Assembly: GCA_050011565.1 (NCBI GenBank)
Contig: JBEKIW010000005.1
Location: 32,001 to 96,000, forward strand
Direction: 5' to 3'
DNA length: 64,000 nucleotides
From: Dehalococcoidia bacterium
GTDB taxonomy: Bacteria > Chloroflexota > Dehalococcoidia > GIF9 > UBA5629
Part shown: in pieces, positions 61,437-64,000 of the stretch
How positions within the stretch are numbered: the stretch's first letter is position 1
Layout: every line of letters begins with the position of its first letter
Made by a program: the position numbers and the translations under genes
Notes under the pieces: model-generated
What the model saw: the letters and a program-made list of their open reading frames with translations, nothing else
What the model was told of the DNA's origin: nothing
Databases searched by the model: none

Positions 61437-63074
61437 TCACTCCAGAGAAACTACATAGAGGTAATTTGGTTGTCCACCGGAAACCATTTCAACTTGCTTG
61501 TCACCATACTTATTGCGTATTTCGTTAACCACCCGCTCCGCCTGAGGTGCTTCGATATCCGCTCCATAGTACACAGTCACCACTTCTGCTGAACCAATGC
61601 CCGCTTTACCGAGGGCTTCGAAAAGAACCTCGTCCAGGTTATTATCGGCAGCTACCAAATTTTCGTCGTCAACGATAGCTATAATCTGTCCCTTCTTTAT
61701 CTTCAACCCATGTAATTGGGTGCTACGTGCTGCCTCGGTAATTTCCACAGTTTTTACCCCGCTGATAGCCTCATTCATGGCCTGAACGTTTTCTTCCATT
61801 CCGCCCTCATAATTAAAAGCTATTAGAGCAGCTATCCCTTGAGGCATAGTCTTCGTTGGTATTACCGCTACTTCTTTGTTTGTGAGCTCATGGACTTGGG
61901 ATGCAGCCAGAATGATATTCTTGTTATTAGGCAGAAGAATCACTTTCTGCGACGGCACCGATTCCACCGCCCGAAGTATCTCCTGAACACTCGGATTCAT
62001 TGTCTGTCCGCCTGAAACTATGACGGCGGCTCCTAAACTCCGGAACACCTCTTTCATACCGCTTCCCATGGCGACAGCTACCACGCCTATATCCAAACTC
62101 GGCAACCTGTCTTTCTGCATCTCGATAAAGCCAACATGCTGGTCATCCATATTCTGAACCTGTAACTGATGTAAAGTGCCTAAGGAAGTAGCAAACCTTA
62201 TAATACCCCCAGGGTCATAAGTATGGATATGAACCCTGATAGTAGCCTCATCACCAACGACGACAATAGATTGACCTTTGTTTTCCAGCTTCTTTCTTAT
62301 CTTGTCAGGGTCGAGTTTATTGCCCTGGAGCAAAAAGTTGGTGCAATATCCGTATGGTTCCTCTTTTTCAGTCGACAGCGGAGTCACCTTCGCACCGACA
62401 GGCATCTCGGCTGCAACCATTTGCGGTCGCCGGTATCTCATTTCCTCAGCGTTCCCTTCTAAGTAACGAAGCACACCCTCCAGCAACACATATATACCCT
62501 GCCCGCCGGCATCTACAACGCCAGCTTCACGCAACACATCCAGCAAAAGGGGGGTCCTGGCTACCGAATTCCTGGCTTCATTAACCGCAGCCTCCGCCAC
62601 TTTAGTTAAGTTATCCGGGTCGGTCCGTGCCGCTTCTTCAGCAGCTTTGGAGGCGTCCTTGACGACTGTCAACATAGTTCCTTCTACCGGCTGTGACAGC
62701 CCTTTATAAGCCGCGCGCGCAGCTTCCCCCAAGGCTATGGCTAAATCGCTTCCGGTAATCGACTCTTTCTCGTCAAGTCCCTTGGCCAGTCCACGAAAGA
62801 ACTGAGATAGAATCACGCCCGAATTTCCCCGGGCGCCCATCAGAGCACCTTGAGCCATTGCCTTGGCTACGGCCGAGACACTGTGGTCTAAGACTCTATC
62901 AGCTTCTTCCATGACCGACCGCATAGTTAGGAACATGTTAGTCCCGGTATCACCATCAGGCACGGGAAAAACGTTTATGGCATTAATATCCGGAACGGTT
63001 TTCTCCAACCAGCTGCTGCCGGCGGCAAACATATCTTTGAACTCTTGACCGCCACAGGAAAGAACTTGCTTCAT
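61437..63074 (-). CDS. DAK2-domain protein (FakA/YloV-like)
   Basis: INVFPVPDGDTGTNM, GARGNSG, VDAGG, GGQTMNPS, GGQP.Y; next to rpmB and recG. Confidence 0.92.
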   Translation of the reverse strand: MKQVLSCGGQEFKDMFAAGSSWLEKTVPDINAINVFPVPDGDTGTNMFLTMRSVMEEADRVLDHSVSAVAKAMAQGALMGARGNSGVILSQFFRGLAKGLDEKESITGSDLAIALGEAARAAYKGLSQPVEGTMLTVVKDASKAAEEAARTDPDNLTKVAEAAVNEARNSVARTPLLLDVLREAGVVDAGGQGIYVLLEGVLRYLEGNAEEMRYRRPQMVAAEMPVGAKVTPLSTEKEEPYGYCTNFLLQGNKLDPDKIRKKLENKGQSIVVVGDEATIRVHIHTYDPGGIIRFATSLGTLHQLQVQNMDDQHVGFIEMQKDRLPSLDIGVVAVAMGSGMKEVFRSLGAAVIVSGGQTMNPSVQEILRAVESVPSQKVILLPNNKNIILAASQVHELTNKEVAVIPTKTMPQGIAALIAFNYEGGMEENVQAMNEAISGVKTVEITEAARSTQLHGLKIKKGQIIAIVDDENLVAADNNLDEVLFEALGKAGIGSAEVVTVYYGADIEAPQAERVVNEIRNKYGDKQVEMVSGGQPNYLYVVSLE

Positions 63075-63157
63075 CCGTCTCCTTTTTACAATCCCGCAAT
63101 TGTGGTATAATTTTACTCCTGTTGTCAAGACCGACTTAGGGAAAAGGAGTTAGCGAT

Positions 63158-63346
63158 TTGGCTACAAAATGCGATATCTGTGGCAAAACGGCACACTTCG
63201 GCCATAGGGTAAGCCATTCGAAGCAGCATACCAGGCGGCGCTGGTTGCCTAATATCCAGCGGGCCACGATTCTTCTTGATGGGAAACCAAAACAACTTAA
63301 TTTGTGTACCCAATGCCTGCGCACTCAACATAAGTTAGCCCATTAG
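63158..63346 (+). CDS. rpmB: 50S ribosomal protein L28
   Basis: KCDICGK...GHRVSHS...TRRRWLPNIQ...CTQCLRT; AAGGAG RBS plus TTG. Confidence 0.95.
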   Translation: MATKCDICGKTAHFGHRVSHSKQHTRRRWLPNIQRATILLDGKPKQLNLCTQCLRTQHKLAH

Positions 63347-64000
63347 ACTAAGCGCTCTCCTCATCTCTTGCAGAGCCTTAGCAGCCCCTAGCTTAGAGCT
63401 AAAAATCGCGGCTCCGGCAACCAAAACCTCGGCTCCCGCTTTGGCTACTTCCGGTGCTAAAAGCGCCGTAATACCACCGTCCACTTCAAGCTCGGCATGC
63501 GCCTGCCTTTCATCTAATATCCGGCGTAACCGGACTATCTTGTCCTTCATACTATCTATAAAAGCCTGACCGCCGAAGCCAGGATTGACAGTCATAACCA
63601 GTACCAGGTCAAGCAGAGGCAATACTTCATCTAACGAACTTAGATGGGTCGCTGGATTAAGCGCCACTCCAGCTCTGACTCCTAAATCTTTTATTGACTC
63701 GACCAGGCGATGCAAATGTGTAGCAGCTTCAACATGTACGGTGATAATGCTGGCTCCGGCTTCAGCGAACTGACGGATATGAGCCTCAGGCTGCTCAATC
63801 ATCAAATGTACGTCCAGCGGCAAATTGGTCCGGGAACGAAGCGACGCTACCACGGGAGCACCGATTGTAATGTTGGGCACAAAATGCCCATCCATGACAT
63901 CAACGTGAATGTAGTCAGCTCCGGCTTTAGCTACTTCATTGACTTGTTCACCCAGACGGCTGAAATCAGCGGAAAGTATAGACGGCGCCAGCTTAATTCG
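63335..64000 (-). CDS. rpe: Ribulose-phosphate 3-epimerase (5' end beyond window)
   Basis: LAPSILSADF, HVDVMDGHFVPN, MTVNPGFGGQ, EVDGG. Confidence 0.96.
   Translation of the reverse strand, partial: RIKLAPSILSADFSRLGEQVNEVAKAGADYIHVDVMDGHFVPNITIGAPVVASLRSRTNLPLDVHLMIEQPEAHIRQFAEAGASIITVHVEAATHLHRLVESIKDLGVRAGVALNPATHLSSLDEVLPLLDLVLVMTVNPGFGGQAFIDSMKDKIVRLRRILDERQAHAELEVDGGITALLAPEVAKAGAEVLVAGAAIFSSKLGAAKALQEMRRALSLMG

Overview
This is a 64-kb chromosomal window from a bacterium that is most likely Chloroflexota/Dehalococcoidia. That call is inferred from a lone 16S rRNA gene, the gene set and synteny; no database search was run. Most of the window is housekeeping: sigma-70, split transketolase, rny-recX-recA, nadE, dnaE, moeA/mobA, prfA/prmC, etfBA, fusA, gatCA, trpS, argS, recG, rpmB and rpe, plus five tRNAs and an unlinked 16S. 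The most unusual structure lies downstream of tRNA-Asn. The tRNA 3' end recurs three more times (13312, 15077, 17084), dividing 4.6 kb into three small cassettes of about 0.8-2 kb with no integrase. Two cassettes carry likely anti-phage genes: a Shedu/DUF4263-like nuclease and an AbiU2-like HEPN protein fused to a membrane domain. A second integrase-free islet with the same layout follows tRNA-Leu(TAA). Other features include a local Crp-family regulon with three TG(C/T)GA-N6-TC(G/T)CA boxes at class-II spacing, several REP-like palindromes, gene remnants, and a mobA with no canonical start codon.
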